Under the pieces are notes generated by a model. That model was not told the origin of the DNA. It worked only from the letters and a program-made list of their open reading frames with translations, and ran no database searches. From assembly GCA_964519305.1 (NCBI GenBank), contig CAZFHY010000001.1:122032-186031 (forward strand): 64,000 nt of DNA, written 5' to 3'. Origin of the DNA: Candidatus Undinarchaeota archaeon (lineage in GTDB: Archaea > SpSt-1190 > JASMDC01). The translations under genes and the position numbers were made by a program. Positions 46,201-56,300 of the stretch are shown one piece after another. Position 1 is the first letter of the stretch, and every line of letters starts with the position of its first letter.

Positions 46201-48292
46201 ATATGGGAAGCCCCCGCCGGTCCCGCCGTGCCACGAAGTGACCGGGAAGGCAGGGCAGAGGACGGCTGTCAACCTGACGATCGAGCTCACACGGGAGGAC
46301 GCTGCGTCCCTCACTCTCAACGTCACGTCCATAAGCGATCCATTGCTCGAGCGATTGGCCGAGATCGCCGTGAAACCGGCGGACTTCTCCAAGTCCGCCA
46401 TCACCCTCACAGGATGCCGGAAGAATCAATGGAAGCTCATCTGCTCCTTCCAGGCCATCAATGGAGGGAACACGGAGAACACCTACCGTTATGCTGTGAT
46501 GCCGGACCTGATGGTCGGGGACCTCACCTACGAACAGTTCACCCTGGGCTCAAAACAATCCAAGGTCGTCGATGTCTCGGCCCTCCTGGTGGCGTGCGAC
46601 ATCAGCCTTGAAGCAAGGGCCAATCTCCTGGCACTGGGAACTGCTCATTTCATCGGTCGGACCTTTGCCAGCGAGGACGGCTATGCTCTCACGAGCGGGA
46701 TGGACGAGATGGCTGCTGCCTTCGACACCCTCGCGGGAGCTCATGAACTCCTAGGGCTCGATGACGCGACGCGGACCGCATTAATGAGCGCTGTCGATGC
46801 GTTCAAGAGCATGCCCAGTAAGGACACCGGGGACGCACTGGCCACGGTGGCGGCTGCGGCCAATGAGGCGTTCGTGGCCTCGCTCAAGACCACTTGCACA
46901 ATGAGCCATGCCAAGAAGATCTCCGCCAACATCATGGTCTGCGACACGCCCTTGAAGGTCCAGGACGAGTCGACCTTCACGTGCAACAGCAAGGCTTTTA
47001 CGCTAGAGGACGTAAAGTTCCCCTTCGACTGCGACGTCGAAGCCAATGAGGAACTGGAGAAGGTCCTCGAGGACGGCGAGACATACGGTGTGCTGATAGG
47101 TCAGGAGGCGAAGCTCCCTATCGTGGTGCGGAACCGGATGCATTTCGACCTGCTATTCGACTTCAGCGCGTCGGCGAGCTACGACCTTGAGAACGCTCTT
47201 CTGGAGGAATCCAAGGTGCTCATCACCTCCGATGAGGAGCACTTGTTCACCGTGACCATCAAGCTCGATGACGAGAGCGACCAGCGCCTTTATCTTAAGA
47301 CAACCCCGTCAGGGATGCCGAAACGGACCCAGGGTTTCGAGATCGAGCTCAGACCTGAATTGGATGTCAAGGTCAGCTTCGACGCAACGCCCCATTTGAC
47401 CACTTCCGATGTGGAGGCAACCCAGAGCATCGATCTCATTGTCGAGGTGCACAACACCGGTAATAGTAAGGAGACCTTCACTGCCACCCTGGATGGCCCC
47501 ATAGCAGATATGTCCTCAATCATCGACGATAAGATTGATCTCGCTCCCGGCGAATCATCGAACATCACCGTCGCCGTCACGACAGAGAAACGTGGGACTG
47601 TGAAGGGCACGCTGAAGGTCACGACGAAGAGCGATGAGTCGGTCGTCAAGGATGTCGATCTCTCTGTTACCGCCACTGCGCCCGAGATCATCGCGAAAGC
47701 TCCTGAGAGCCTCGATGGCACGGGCACCATCGTCGTGCGTAACGATGGTGAGATGGAGGGAGAGGTCGATGTGAGCATCACCGGGGACGCCTCGTCCTGC
47801 GTCAACCTCGTCAACAGCAGCGTTGTGGTAACAGCGGGCGGATCTGTGTCAGTTGCTTTGGAGAACGAGTGCGAGGAAGCAAGTGAGATTGAGGTCACGC
47901 TCGAGGGGGCGGGATTCTCTAAGACATTCACCCTCAAGGTGGCCGCCATGGCGACACCGGAACCCAGCGATGATATGCCTATCGACAATGGGTCCATCGA
48001 CGATGGGCCCACACCCGAGGCCCCCGAAGATGAGGAAGGCGGTATGGGGATGGGGCCGGTAATCATCGTAGGCGTTCTTCTCGTGATCGGGGGTGGTGTC
48101 GTTGTCATGAAGAAGAAGAAGGCCGCTACGGGCACCGGTGCTGCGGCGAAACCGGGTGCTGCGACTGCAGCCCAGAACATGCAGCAGGGACGACAGGGGG
48201 TGCAAGGCCAGCAGGCCGCCTATGGAGCTGCTGGTTATGGCGCCTACAACTCGAATTATATGAATAGGTATCCCTATTATGGGAGGCGGTAA
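43298..48292 (+). CDS. Giant vWA-domain surface protein with Ig-like array, TM anchor and Q/G/Y tail (paralog 1)
   Basis: Signal peptide, DAVFAIDHTGSM (MIDAS-like), ENSYDAI, VITDA and TGG.YF. Many NxT/S sequons. TM is followed by KKKK and a low-complexity tail. Confidence 0.88.
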   Translation: MRTPILVFLLVVCLASGAYHACWTESDCLSGTTESCVLEDGSCGVPALSVPVLETGLSWGEEKTFTIHVANNETFQRPIDAVFAIDHTGSMRDDLEEFRNTWAAITEVLKTKSEGNFRVALIPFANQFTHSFGPPKLPLPFQDFYADEYAADAAIQSGLAAIYDRVTGGEECRENSYDAIQYAVREKWASDWGSQLPENRWREQSLKLVYVITDAAVFTGMYASMRNLADEAKAKRIVVFGFTPDPDDPKYRSPCPPTCPRCTRSGSTCELLCSFVPNPEGDDIEVCESKCCSGNPSWLGVYTDKCEPDGGGSTVCADKTFRPGLLMENYQYCYDLINVTDDTGGTYFKSFDKAEMRFKITQAFEEVDFNHFKLKTRKVSGPGDLEISLPSPEQFNVEVCDVLFEWPDEAQDPPCKIRSNLKVKVPDGVLEGEYVYNVTLEADTGYTEELQIRVQVRTPVLATITYAATALYDRVLVFLNLTNTGIHKTLQPVTSMSSISCAGKDAKVFWGPGSDSVPPGESLTAVADCTGASMTSNGMSLRITEVSPLLLTGNLGEKVEIMANITNLAGSTLLYLDNAHFFTLTLNGAPLSGKDVVYLNGPKLYRIVGSLPAGAAIDGYNVLEVSISESGSSASDFALLRKGTPSLKVSSHLQLGLSSTEVLTAPDTTRTVSTAADPLVLGDSSLFTHTDFSLGGLSRKTGPELVVNHTLKRGFIMLRSKRKDDGTVTVPYNRTGALPATITRTVTLPYLMEHDLDLIGFSDGAIGASRLDPATNVLFGSMALPDASIDTLREGWYGPVFGVRLDYENYTLYRPGMLPFMFSSPEPIPSITVDIAAPLVNRTLTLEPGKGGIDEDTLFANATVQPNGGVVLEVHVGVAEEGTVRVNVSTDMRNEVIITVPYAEIEPFILDAPSSISAVPNLTTEFSLGISNHRPDDDTFRVCAKGDGVKVFAGDTELTSVPEDTGSRYGKPPPVPPCHEVTGKAGQRTAVNLTIELTREDAASLTLNVTSISDPLLERLAEIAVKPADFSKSAITLTGCRKNQWKLICSFQAINGGNTENTYRYAVMPDLMVGDLTYEQFTLGSKQSKVVDVSALLVACDISLEARANLLALGTAHFIGRTFASEDGYALTSGMDEMAAAFDTLAGAHELLGLDDATRTALMSAVDAFKSMPSKDTGDALATVAAAANEAFVASLKTTCTMSHAKKISANIMVCDTPLKVQDESTFTCNSKAFTLEDVKFPFDCDVEANEELEKVLEDGETYGVLIGQEAKLPIVVRNRMHFDLLFDFSASASYDLENALLEESKVLITSDEEHLFTVTIKLDDESDQRLYLKTTPSGMPKRTQGFEIELRPELDVKVSFDATPHLTTSDVEATQSIDLIVEVHNTGNSKETFTATLDGPIADMSSIIDDKIDLAPGESSNITVAVTTEKRGTVKGTLKVTTKSDESVVKDVDLSVTATAPEIIAKAPESLDGTGTIVVRNDGEMEGEVDVSITGDASSCVNLVNSSVVVTAGGSVSVALENECEEASEIEVTLEGAGFSKTFTLKVAAMATPEPSDDMPIDNGSIDDGPTPEAPEDEEGGMGMGPVIIVGVLLVIGGGVVVMKKKKAATGTGAAAKPGAATAAQNMQQGRQGVQGQQAAYGAAGYGAYNSNYMNRYPYYGRR

Positions 48293-48294
48293 GG

Positions 48295-51200
48295 ATGGGG
48301 GATGGAATCACAAATAGGTCCCGGACCAATGAGCTTAAGGGGTGCCTGTCGGGCCTTTTATTCCTGGTGCTCATCCTAGTAACGGTCCCCGCGGCCGGTG
48401 AACGTTCCTACATGTGCTACACGGACATACACTGCGACCTCGGTCTTTGTCTTGATGACTGGAACTCCTGCGTTTCACCTTTCCTCGCCAGGAACGAGAC
48501 AATGCTAGACCTGTACTGGGAGGACACTAGCGAGGTAGGTGTGCTCACCTTCAATCGCGGAGGGCGGGCCAAGTCGATCGACGTTGTCTTCGTCACTGAC
48601 TTCACGGCCAGTATGGCCGACGACCTTGAGCAGTTCATCACTGACTGGGACAGTATTGTCTATAATATGGGCTCCAAGGTCAACAACAAGCTCCGTGTGG
48701 CAATGATCCCCTTCCAGGACGAGCTCGTACGTAAGCTGCCCGGGCCCACCGGTGATCCCATCGATGTGCTCACGACGTTCAAGGACTTCGAGACCGACAC
48801 CGATGTCAACATCCAATATTTCAAGGACCGGCTCCAAGTGCTCAAGGACAGGGCAGAGACAGTAGGCGGGGGCGGTGACTGCCGCGAGAACTCCTACGAT
48901 GCGATAAGGTACACAATCGAGGAGGATTGGGGCCGTGACTACGAGTTCGGTGCGCTCCCGGGCGTGTGCGACAACGGTGCCTGTGCCTGGCGTCCTGATG
49001 CCCTGAAGATCATCTTCGTAACAACCGATGCCGCTGTATTCACGGGAAGATACAATGAGATGGAGCTCCTGGCCAACGCCGCAAGTGCGGCTGGTGTAAT
49101 CGTATTCGGTCTCACACCCAATCCATCAGAAGGTGGAGCTAAGTCCCCCTGCCCCCCCACATGCCCTCCGTGCACGTCCACTGGAAACGAATGTGGCCTC
49201 ACCTGCACGGGTGAAGGTGCAGCGCGGCTCTGCGAGTCCACTTGCTGCAGCGGAGATCCCTCATGGAAGGGCAACACTGGGGACACCTGCGACGATACGG
49301 TCCCCGATCCCAAGGACTGTTCTGGTATGGCCTGGGCGCCCGATACCGAACGTGAGGCGTACCGGTACTGCTATGACCTTATCAACATAACCAAGGACAC
49401 GAAGGGCAAGTACTTCGACGGGTTCAGCCTAGGGACACTTTCACAGAAGATCAATCTAGCCCTCGACTCAATCGATTACAACCTCATCACACTCAGCCTC
49501 GCAGGGCCCAATGAGGTACACACCGGCATCCTCAATACCATCACGGGGCGTCCGGAACCGACAACCACGGTGATGCTCCAGGCCCATACGGGCGAACAAT
49601 GTATAGAGGTCATCGAAGGGGTACCATGCAAGTCGCTCAGGCGTGTGGAGGTGACCGTGCCCGAGGGCACCCCCGTGGGCTGGTACAACTACACCCTCAC
49701 CATCTCGTCCGACACGGGGGACTCTGAGACCCTTGACTTGGATGTCGCGGTCAAGGCCCCGGTGAACGTTGACGTGGATTACGCTCCGTACGTGCTCGAC
49801 GGCAGGCTCCTGGCCTTCGTGAACATCACCAATAAATCCCCGATAGCGGCCGCTGTCCCGGACCGTGAGCGCACTGAGATATCATGTGATTCGGTGAAGG
49901 CGGGTCTGCTCTGGGAAGCAGGGATCGATGCGATCCCGCCCGGGGGTTCCACGATCGTCGTAGCTGACTGCCTCGGTGCCGCTCGCAGCTCTAACGGATA
50001 CCAGCTCATCATCGAAGAGCTATCCCCTGAGGCTATTGCGGACAGGGACCCTGAGCGTATCAATGTCACGTTCATGCTCCTCGACTCCAAGGGAGACCCG
50101 GTACCATTCATGGAGAACGCCTACCTCTATTCGATCACGTTCAACGGTAAGGACATGGGCGATAAGGGTATCGTGTACGATGTAGTGAAAGGCCGCTATA
50201 AACTAACGGTCGATGTACCGGCGGGCACGGCCAAGGACGGGTTCAATGTGCTCAAGGTCGCCGTCGACGATGCAGGGAAGACCGCCAGTGATGCCCGCTT
50301 CGTACGCTGGGGCAACGACCGTCTCGAACTCTCATCCTTCATCCCGTTCGGTGATGATCCCCGCCAGCAGGTTGACCAGGCCTCCTCCCGCAAGTTGAAG
50401 GATGTCCGCCGTCCCACCCTGGATATCGGCCTGCGGAGCCTGTTCCTTCACCAAACGTTCGTCAGAGGGGACATCGTTAAACGTGCCGGTCCTCAGCTCA
50501 TCGTCAATTACACGACCGAGCGGGGATTCATGCTCTTCCAGGGATTCGAGCGGTCCACAGGCATCATGGACGTCGTTGTGAACAAGACCGGTCTCCTTCC
50601 AGGTACGGTCATCCGGACCTACGAGAGGGAATTCGTCGAGGACCATGCGTTCTACATCGCCATCCGCGAAGGTGATGAGATAGGTGGCTCGCGCCTGATG
50701 CCTGCACAAATGGTGACCTACGGTATCCTTGATCGGGCAAGTGTCGGGATCCAACGCCCTGAGGAGGGTTGGCAAGGCGATACCTACGTTGTCGGTCACC
50801 ATTACAACAACCTCTCGCTACATCACTCCGAGGATGTCACGTTCATCTTCTCCGTACCGGAGAACGTGACGACCGTTGCGGTCAACGTATCCTCACCTGC
50901 CCTCTCGGGCCCACGACAGATCATTCTAGACAAGCAGGGCTACTCGGAGGAGGGTCTCTTTGTGAACCGGACCACGGATCTTGCACATGGGAGTCTTGTA
51001 ACGGTCCATGTCCGGGCCAAGGATGCTGGGATCCTCTGGGTCAACCTCACTACAGGTAACAGGGACCTCTTCTTCATCAAGGTGCCCTTCCGCATCACCG
51101 AGCCATTCCGTATCTCGGCCCCTGAGAACATGACAGTCGTCCCCAATAAGACCGGGGAGTTCGCATTCCGTCTGAACAACCTCATGTTCGAACAGGACAG

Positions 51201-53331
51201 CTATCGTGTGTGTGGCACGGCCACCGGTGTCAAGGCCTGGGTGAACGGGATCGAGGTGACCGGCCAGCCTGACAAGCAAGGGAGCGCACCTTGCCACTCG
51301 GTCACTGTCGACGGTGGGGCCACCGCCACGCTCAACGTCACAGTCCGGTTGGAGACCGAGACGGGGGGCGATCTCATCCTCAACGTAACCTCGGAAACGG
51401 ACGAACGTTTGAGCCGTGTCGCCAAGGTATCCCTCCTCCCGTCGTTCTTCACAAGCTCTCACATACAGCTCAAGGAGTGCGTCAAGAACGAATGGGATAT
51501 GAGCTGCAACTTCGAGTTCATCAACGGCGGGAACGTTCGCAATACATATCGATATGGTTTCGCAGGGGACATTCTCCTTGTGACCCCTCCATTCTCGTCC
51601 GTTGACGTTGACGCCAAGGCCTCGTCCAACAAGTACCTGAAGGCACGCATCATCGGGTGCTCGCTCGACCTCGATCTGAAGAACTACATCACATCCATAG
51701 GAAAGTTGTTCTTCCTGGCCAAGCTTTTCGCCGACGGCGGTAACTTCACATCAGGAGGGCCGCTGGCCAGTTTCTTCACCGAGGCGGATCTGCTGGCCAC
51801 ACGGGTGGAGGATATGGGGGTCCCCACTGAATCGGCTCGGTTGAAGGGCGCCATCGAAGCGTTCCGGACCTCCCCCGATGCCACGACCGGTGCAACTCTT
51901 GCCGAGGCAGTGGAAGCGCTCTATACTGCTTTCTTCGAAGCCCATCGGAAGACGTGCCGGCTCAGCCGGGCAACGAGTATCGAGGTTACTGCATATGCTT
52001 GTGACACGCCCATGCAGCTCGACGATGAGTTGCGGTACGCGTGCGTGAACCGCACGTTCGAGGTGACAGATATCCTCATCGACCTCGATTATGAGCTCAA
52101 ACCGGATCCCGATCTCTCCTCAATACTACAGAAGACCGGAGCGCTCCACGTGCTCGCGGGCCAGGAAGTTTCCTTCGACATGATCATACGCAACAACCTC
52201 CACTTCCCGCTCCTCTTCGACTTCATCGCATCAGAGGGGTACTCCGAGGTCGCGCTGGCAGAGGAGAGCGAAGTGCTCATCGAGGAGGACAGCCAGCATG
52301 TGTTCTCCGTACCCATCTCCTGGTCAACGCCCGACCGGTACATGGTACACGTCAAGGCCCTCCCCACGGGCTACACCGAGCAGCAGCGCAAGGTGCCGGT
52401 CCCCGTGGAGGTCGACATCGAGGAGGTGCTCGACATGGAACTGGAGGTCCATACGGGCGATGTCTCCCTTGCTGCAGGGGAAACGGTCGAACTCGTGGCC
52501 ACTCTTACAAACAAGGGAAACGGTAAGGCAACATTCATCGTATCCGTTGACGGGGATACGAACGTATTCTCACCACCGGGCGTCAGCCACCCACTACTTG
52601 ACGCAGGTGCGTCGATCAACATCACCATAAAGGCAACGGCACCCAAGGAGCGGGGCGTCCAGACGGCCACCTTATCGGTGACCCATGGGATCAAGGACGA
52701 CCTTGTACGAACGGCCAAGTTCTCCGTCACCGTGAGCGCACCCGAGTTCTCCCTCAGCGTACCAGAGACGCTAGGCGAGAACAGTACTATCAGGATCGAT
52801 AACCTCGGTGATGCGGACGGTACCATCGCGCTCACACTCAATAATAATGCCGCGGCCTGCGTGATGCTCTCCAACTCGAGCGTCGAGGTCCCTGCCGGCG
52901 GATTCGTAGAGATAGGTATAACCAGCGAATGCGCCGAATTAGAGAGCCTCGAACTCCTTGTCGAAGGGGCCAACTATGATAAGGTCCATCCGATCGCGCT
53001 CGAGCCACCAACTACCACCATGGAGCCTACCATGGAAGCAACACCTGAAGCAACACCTGAACCGACGCCCGAGCCCGAGAGCGGTGGCTTGGGCGCTGGT
53101 GGCGCCATCATCATTATCGTGTTGATCGGCGGAGGAGCCGTCATTGCTCATAAGAAAGGGCTTATCGGTGGTGCCAAGACCAAGCCCCCCACCAAGGGAA
53201 TGACACGGATGACCGGTGCTGCAGGACAGCCTGGGATGACGGGTACAGGCGGATATCGCGGAGCACAGCAAGGTTGGAACCAGCAGGGATCTATGTACGG
53301 GAACCGTGGACAATATCCGCAGCGCCGGTGA
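48295..53331 (+). CDS. Giant vWA-domain surface protein with Ig-like array, TM anchor and Q/G/Y tail (paralog 2)
   Basis: DVVFVTDFTASM, CRENSYDAI and TTDAAVFTG. Colinear similarity to 43298..48292 throughout. Confidence 0.88.
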   Translation: MGDGITNRSRTNELKGCLSGLLFLVLILVTVPAAGERSYMCYTDIHCDLGLCLDDWNSCVSPFLARNETMLDLYWEDTSEVGVLTFNRGGRAKSIDVVFVTDFTASMADDLEQFITDWDSIVYNMGSKVNNKLRVAMIPFQDELVRKLPGPTGDPIDVLTTFKDFETDTDVNIQYFKDRLQVLKDRAETVGGGGDCRENSYDAIRYTIEEDWGRDYEFGALPGVCDNGACAWRPDALKIIFVTTDAAVFTGRYNEMELLANAASAAGVIVFGLTPNPSEGGAKSPCPPTCPPCTSTGNECGLTCTGEGAARLCESTCCSGDPSWKGNTGDTCDDTVPDPKDCSGMAWAPDTEREAYRYCYDLINITKDTKGKYFDGFSLGTLSQKINLALDSIDYNLITLSLAGPNEVHTGILNTITGRPEPTTTVMLQAHTGEQCIEVIEGVPCKSLRRVEVTVPEGTPVGWYNYTLTISSDTGDSETLDLDVAVKAPVNVDVDYAPYVLDGRLLAFVNITNKSPIAAAVPDRERTEISCDSVKAGLLWEAGIDAIPPGGSTIVVADCLGAARSSNGYQLIIEELSPEAIADRDPERINVTFMLLDSKGDPVPFMENAYLYSITFNGKDMGDKGIVYDVVKGRYKLTVDVPAGTAKDGFNVLKVAVDDAGKTASDARFVRWGNDRLELSSFIPFGDDPRQQVDQASSRKLKDVRRPTLDIGLRSLFLHQTFVRGDIVKRAGPQLIVNYTTERGFMLFQGFERSTGIMDVVVNKTGLLPGTVIRTYEREFVEDHAFYIAIREGDEIGGSRLMPAQMVTYGILDRASVGIQRPEEGWQGDTYVVGHHYNNLSLHHSEDVTFIFSVPENVTTVAVNVSSPALSGPRQIILDKQGYSEEGLFVNRTTDLAHGSLVTVHVRAKDAGILWVNLTTGNRDLFFIKVPFRITEPFRISAPENMTVVPNKTGEFAFRLNNLMFEQDSYRVCGTATGVKAWVNGIEVTGQPDKQGSAPCHSVTVDGGATATLNVTVRLETETGGDLILNVTSETDERLSRVAKVSLLPSFFTSSHIQLKECVKNEWDMSCNFEFINGGNVRNTYRYGFAGDILLVTPPFSSVDVDAKASSNKYLKARIIGCSLDLDLKNYITSIGKLFFLAKLFADGGNFTSGGPLASFFTEADLLATRVEDMGVPTESARLKGAIEAFRTSPDATTGATLAEAVEALYTAFFEAHRKTCRLSRATSIEVTAYACDTPMQLDDELRYACVNRTFEVTDILIDLDYELKPDPDLSSILQKTGALHVLAGQEVSFDMIIRNNLHFPLLFDFIASEGYSEVALAEESEVLIEEDSQHVFSVPISWSTPDRYMVHVKALPTGYTEQQRKVPVPVEVDIEEVLDMELEVHTGDVSLAAGETVELVATLTNKGNGKATFIVSVDGDTNVFSPPGVSHPLLDAGASINITIKATAPKERGVQTATLSVTHGIKDDLVRTAKFSVTVSAPEFSLSVPETLGENSTIRIDNLGDADGTIALTLNNNAAACVMLSNSSVEVPAGGFVEIGITSECAELESLELLVEGANYDKVHPIALEPPTTTMEPTMEATPEATPEPTPEPESGGLGAGGAIIIIVLIGGGAVIAHKKGLIGGAKTKPPTKGMTRMTGAAGQPGMTGTGGYRGAQQGWNQQGSMYGNRGQYPQRR

Positions 53332-53374
53332 CCATACTAAGACATAAATAGCACACAGGCGTTATAGTCCTCTT

Positions 53375-56300
53375 ATGAGTCCTGCCTATAGAGCGCTTAT
53401 CACTATCATCGCCTTGTTCTCGGCCTTGGTACCGATTACCATGGCCGAGCTATCGATCGGTGATGTCGAAGTGGTGGATGCACACGGCAAGTATTTCCTA
53501 TTCTTCACCATCACCACCGACACATCCCCAGTATCCCTCTATCCCTTCTTCCAGGACGGTATCGTCAGCTCAGGAGGATGCACCCCCGGCGACCAGCACC
53601 GCGTCCTCTTCAAGGACAGCATTCTCCAGAGCGGTGGATCGACAACGGCCGCGGTGTACTGCCCCGGCGCTCTCGACGGCCAAGCGAACTTCACGTTCAC
53701 CTACCACAATTACACATCGGAGCCCCCTGAGCTTACTATCACCGATCCTATCCAGGTCGACTTTACCATCGATGACCTCACCCGGCTCGACCTTATGGAG
53801 ACCGAATCCATCGAGTGCGCCGTGGGCAAGGAGGCCCGTGACCTTCCAGTATCGGTCGGGCGCCGTGTCGAGCTCGGCGTTGGGGACGAACGGAACGTCG
53901 CCTATTACGTCACTAACATGCTCGCTGACGGATTCTATCCGCTCCTCGTCAAGTACTCATTCAAATTCCTCGAGTTCGACGAGTCCGAAGGGAAAATACG
54001 AATCGAAGGCAACAACACCGAGGTAGTCAATTTCACCTTCGATTGCGCCGACGGCCTGGATACTAAGAAAAAGATCGGGAACATCACCGCATATCACCGG
54101 GACATCGACTGTGCAAGCGAGAACGATGCCTCGACAGCGGTTCTCTGGGTGGGGTACAACAACGAGGACACCATAATTGTTGACAACGATATGGCGAGTG
54201 GTGAGTATTACACTCATATGGAGTTCCCGGCCCAGTCATGGCGCTTCAGCTTCCACCGCAACGAGAACGCGATCCAGGCGATCGAGACCAAGTGCATGCT
54301 GTTCAAGGACACGGTAATCTACGCCCTCGTCCGGAACGCGACACACCTTTCCTACCAAGAAGGGAAACCTCTTGTCGACGTGTCCCAGCTCTCCAAGCTC
54401 TCAGGAAAGCTTACTTCTGCCAGCCGAGAGGTCATCGACGGACGACTTGTCTATCGCTATACATCGAATTACACCCACGTGAAGTACGGGGAGGACCCTC
54501 AACCCATCTCCGCTCTCCCGAAATGGTATGTGGAGAAGGAGGTGCTCATAAAACGTGAGATCAACGGCCAGATCCAGGATATGGTGCGACAGGTGCCCAC
54601 GGAGTGGGACCTTGACTTCCTCGCCCACGGGATATCTGGCGAGGGTGTGGTGTCATGGAACTTCTCATCGGCCGAGTACGGAGTCGAGTACAACATCACG
54701 ACGGTCTACCTCGTTATCACTCCCGTCGATATCTATGCTCCCGACACGATAGAAGTGGTCCCTGTCCAGAACAACACTGTGGCTTTTACCCTGCGTAACA
54801 ACATGGTCGAAGGCGATATCCGCCTTTGCGCAAAAGCGTCGGCAGGATGGAACGCCTTGGTACGAAAGGAGGAGATAAACCTCCCATGCCAGAACATCAC
54901 CGTGGCAAAGGGTGATGAGGCCGAGACCCAGGTCCTCTTCTGGTCGGACGGCGTGGAGACGGGGACCGTCAAGATAGAGGTCTACAACACACGTGACGAT
55001 CTTCTTGTCGGGACAAAGGGTGTGGACGTAGGTGCGGCCCGGTTCAAGAAATTCAACATCGGTACCTATTCGTGTGCAGCGGTCGGGCCTCCGGCCGGAG
55101 AACTGGCAGAGGCCAATTGTGATCTGTCGTTCAGGAACGAGGGCAACCTGGCCGAGCTCGTCTACTACTCGGTCATCGTCGACACCATAACGCCGGCCTT
55201 CTCGATGAACCAGGTACAACTCTCCAAGTACTCCGAACGGACGACCAACCACACGGCAATAATGTACGGATGCGATCTAACTGATGGAGAGAAGAAGCTA
55301 CTTGCCCATCTTGATAAGAGCCTATTCTTCAGCCAACTGGCGACGATGGTCACAGGGGAGGTGTCGGAGCTCGCCGGGAGCTATACAGTTGCGTTCGGTA
55401 CGACAAAGGGTCTGCTCATCAATATCAACCAGACTGCATATGACGCTCTTCGCACGAGCCTCACCACTATGCTGGCTACACCCACTCTTGGGAACGCCAA
55501 GGAACTAACCGCTACCATCACCGACTACAAGTTCGTACTGATATCCCATCTTATGGGTAAGTGCGAGCTCGCGCCCACGAACACAGTGAACGCAACACTC
55601 ATGGTATGCTCCGAGGATCCCACATCAGGTTGCTCGGAAAGGACGATCACCATGAGCCCCTTCAAGTTCACTCCATCGTTCAACATCACCAACACCCATC
55701 CCAAGCTCTATCTCCGGCCCGGGGACAAGGCCTCGGCCATCGTGAGCCTCACCAACGAGCAGGGATTCCCCATCCGCTTCAAGCTCTCATCCAATGACGC
55801 TTGCTCGAAGTTCATTGGTACCATCGACAAGGAGACGGTCCCAATGGAGGTGTACAGCATCAGTCTCAACATCACTGCTGCCTCCGACCAGAGCGATGAG
55901 TGCACGTTCATAGTGACGGCCCATCCTGTGGGCATCCCGGACTCCGCACTGAGCACGGAACTGGAGCTCGTCATCACCAAGGAGGACCATATCGGGATGA
56001 AGATGTCTGCGACGTCCGGTCTTTCGGGAGTTCCTGGTGAGACCGTGGAGTTCTTCGTCAACGTATCCAACACCGGGAACGTTGAGGATACCTACGACAT
56101 CGTCATCGACGGGACCGGTGACACCGTTCTCGGTTCCCCCATCACCCGGTCCTTGAAGGCCGCGGCATACCAACCTCTCGTGATCCCCTTCACCATGGGT
56201 CTCCCCGATAATGCCGCGGGCACTTACACCCTCTTAGCGACGGTCACCTCGCAGGCAAAGCCAAGCGAGATCACCGAATCCCAGCCTATCAACATCGAAA

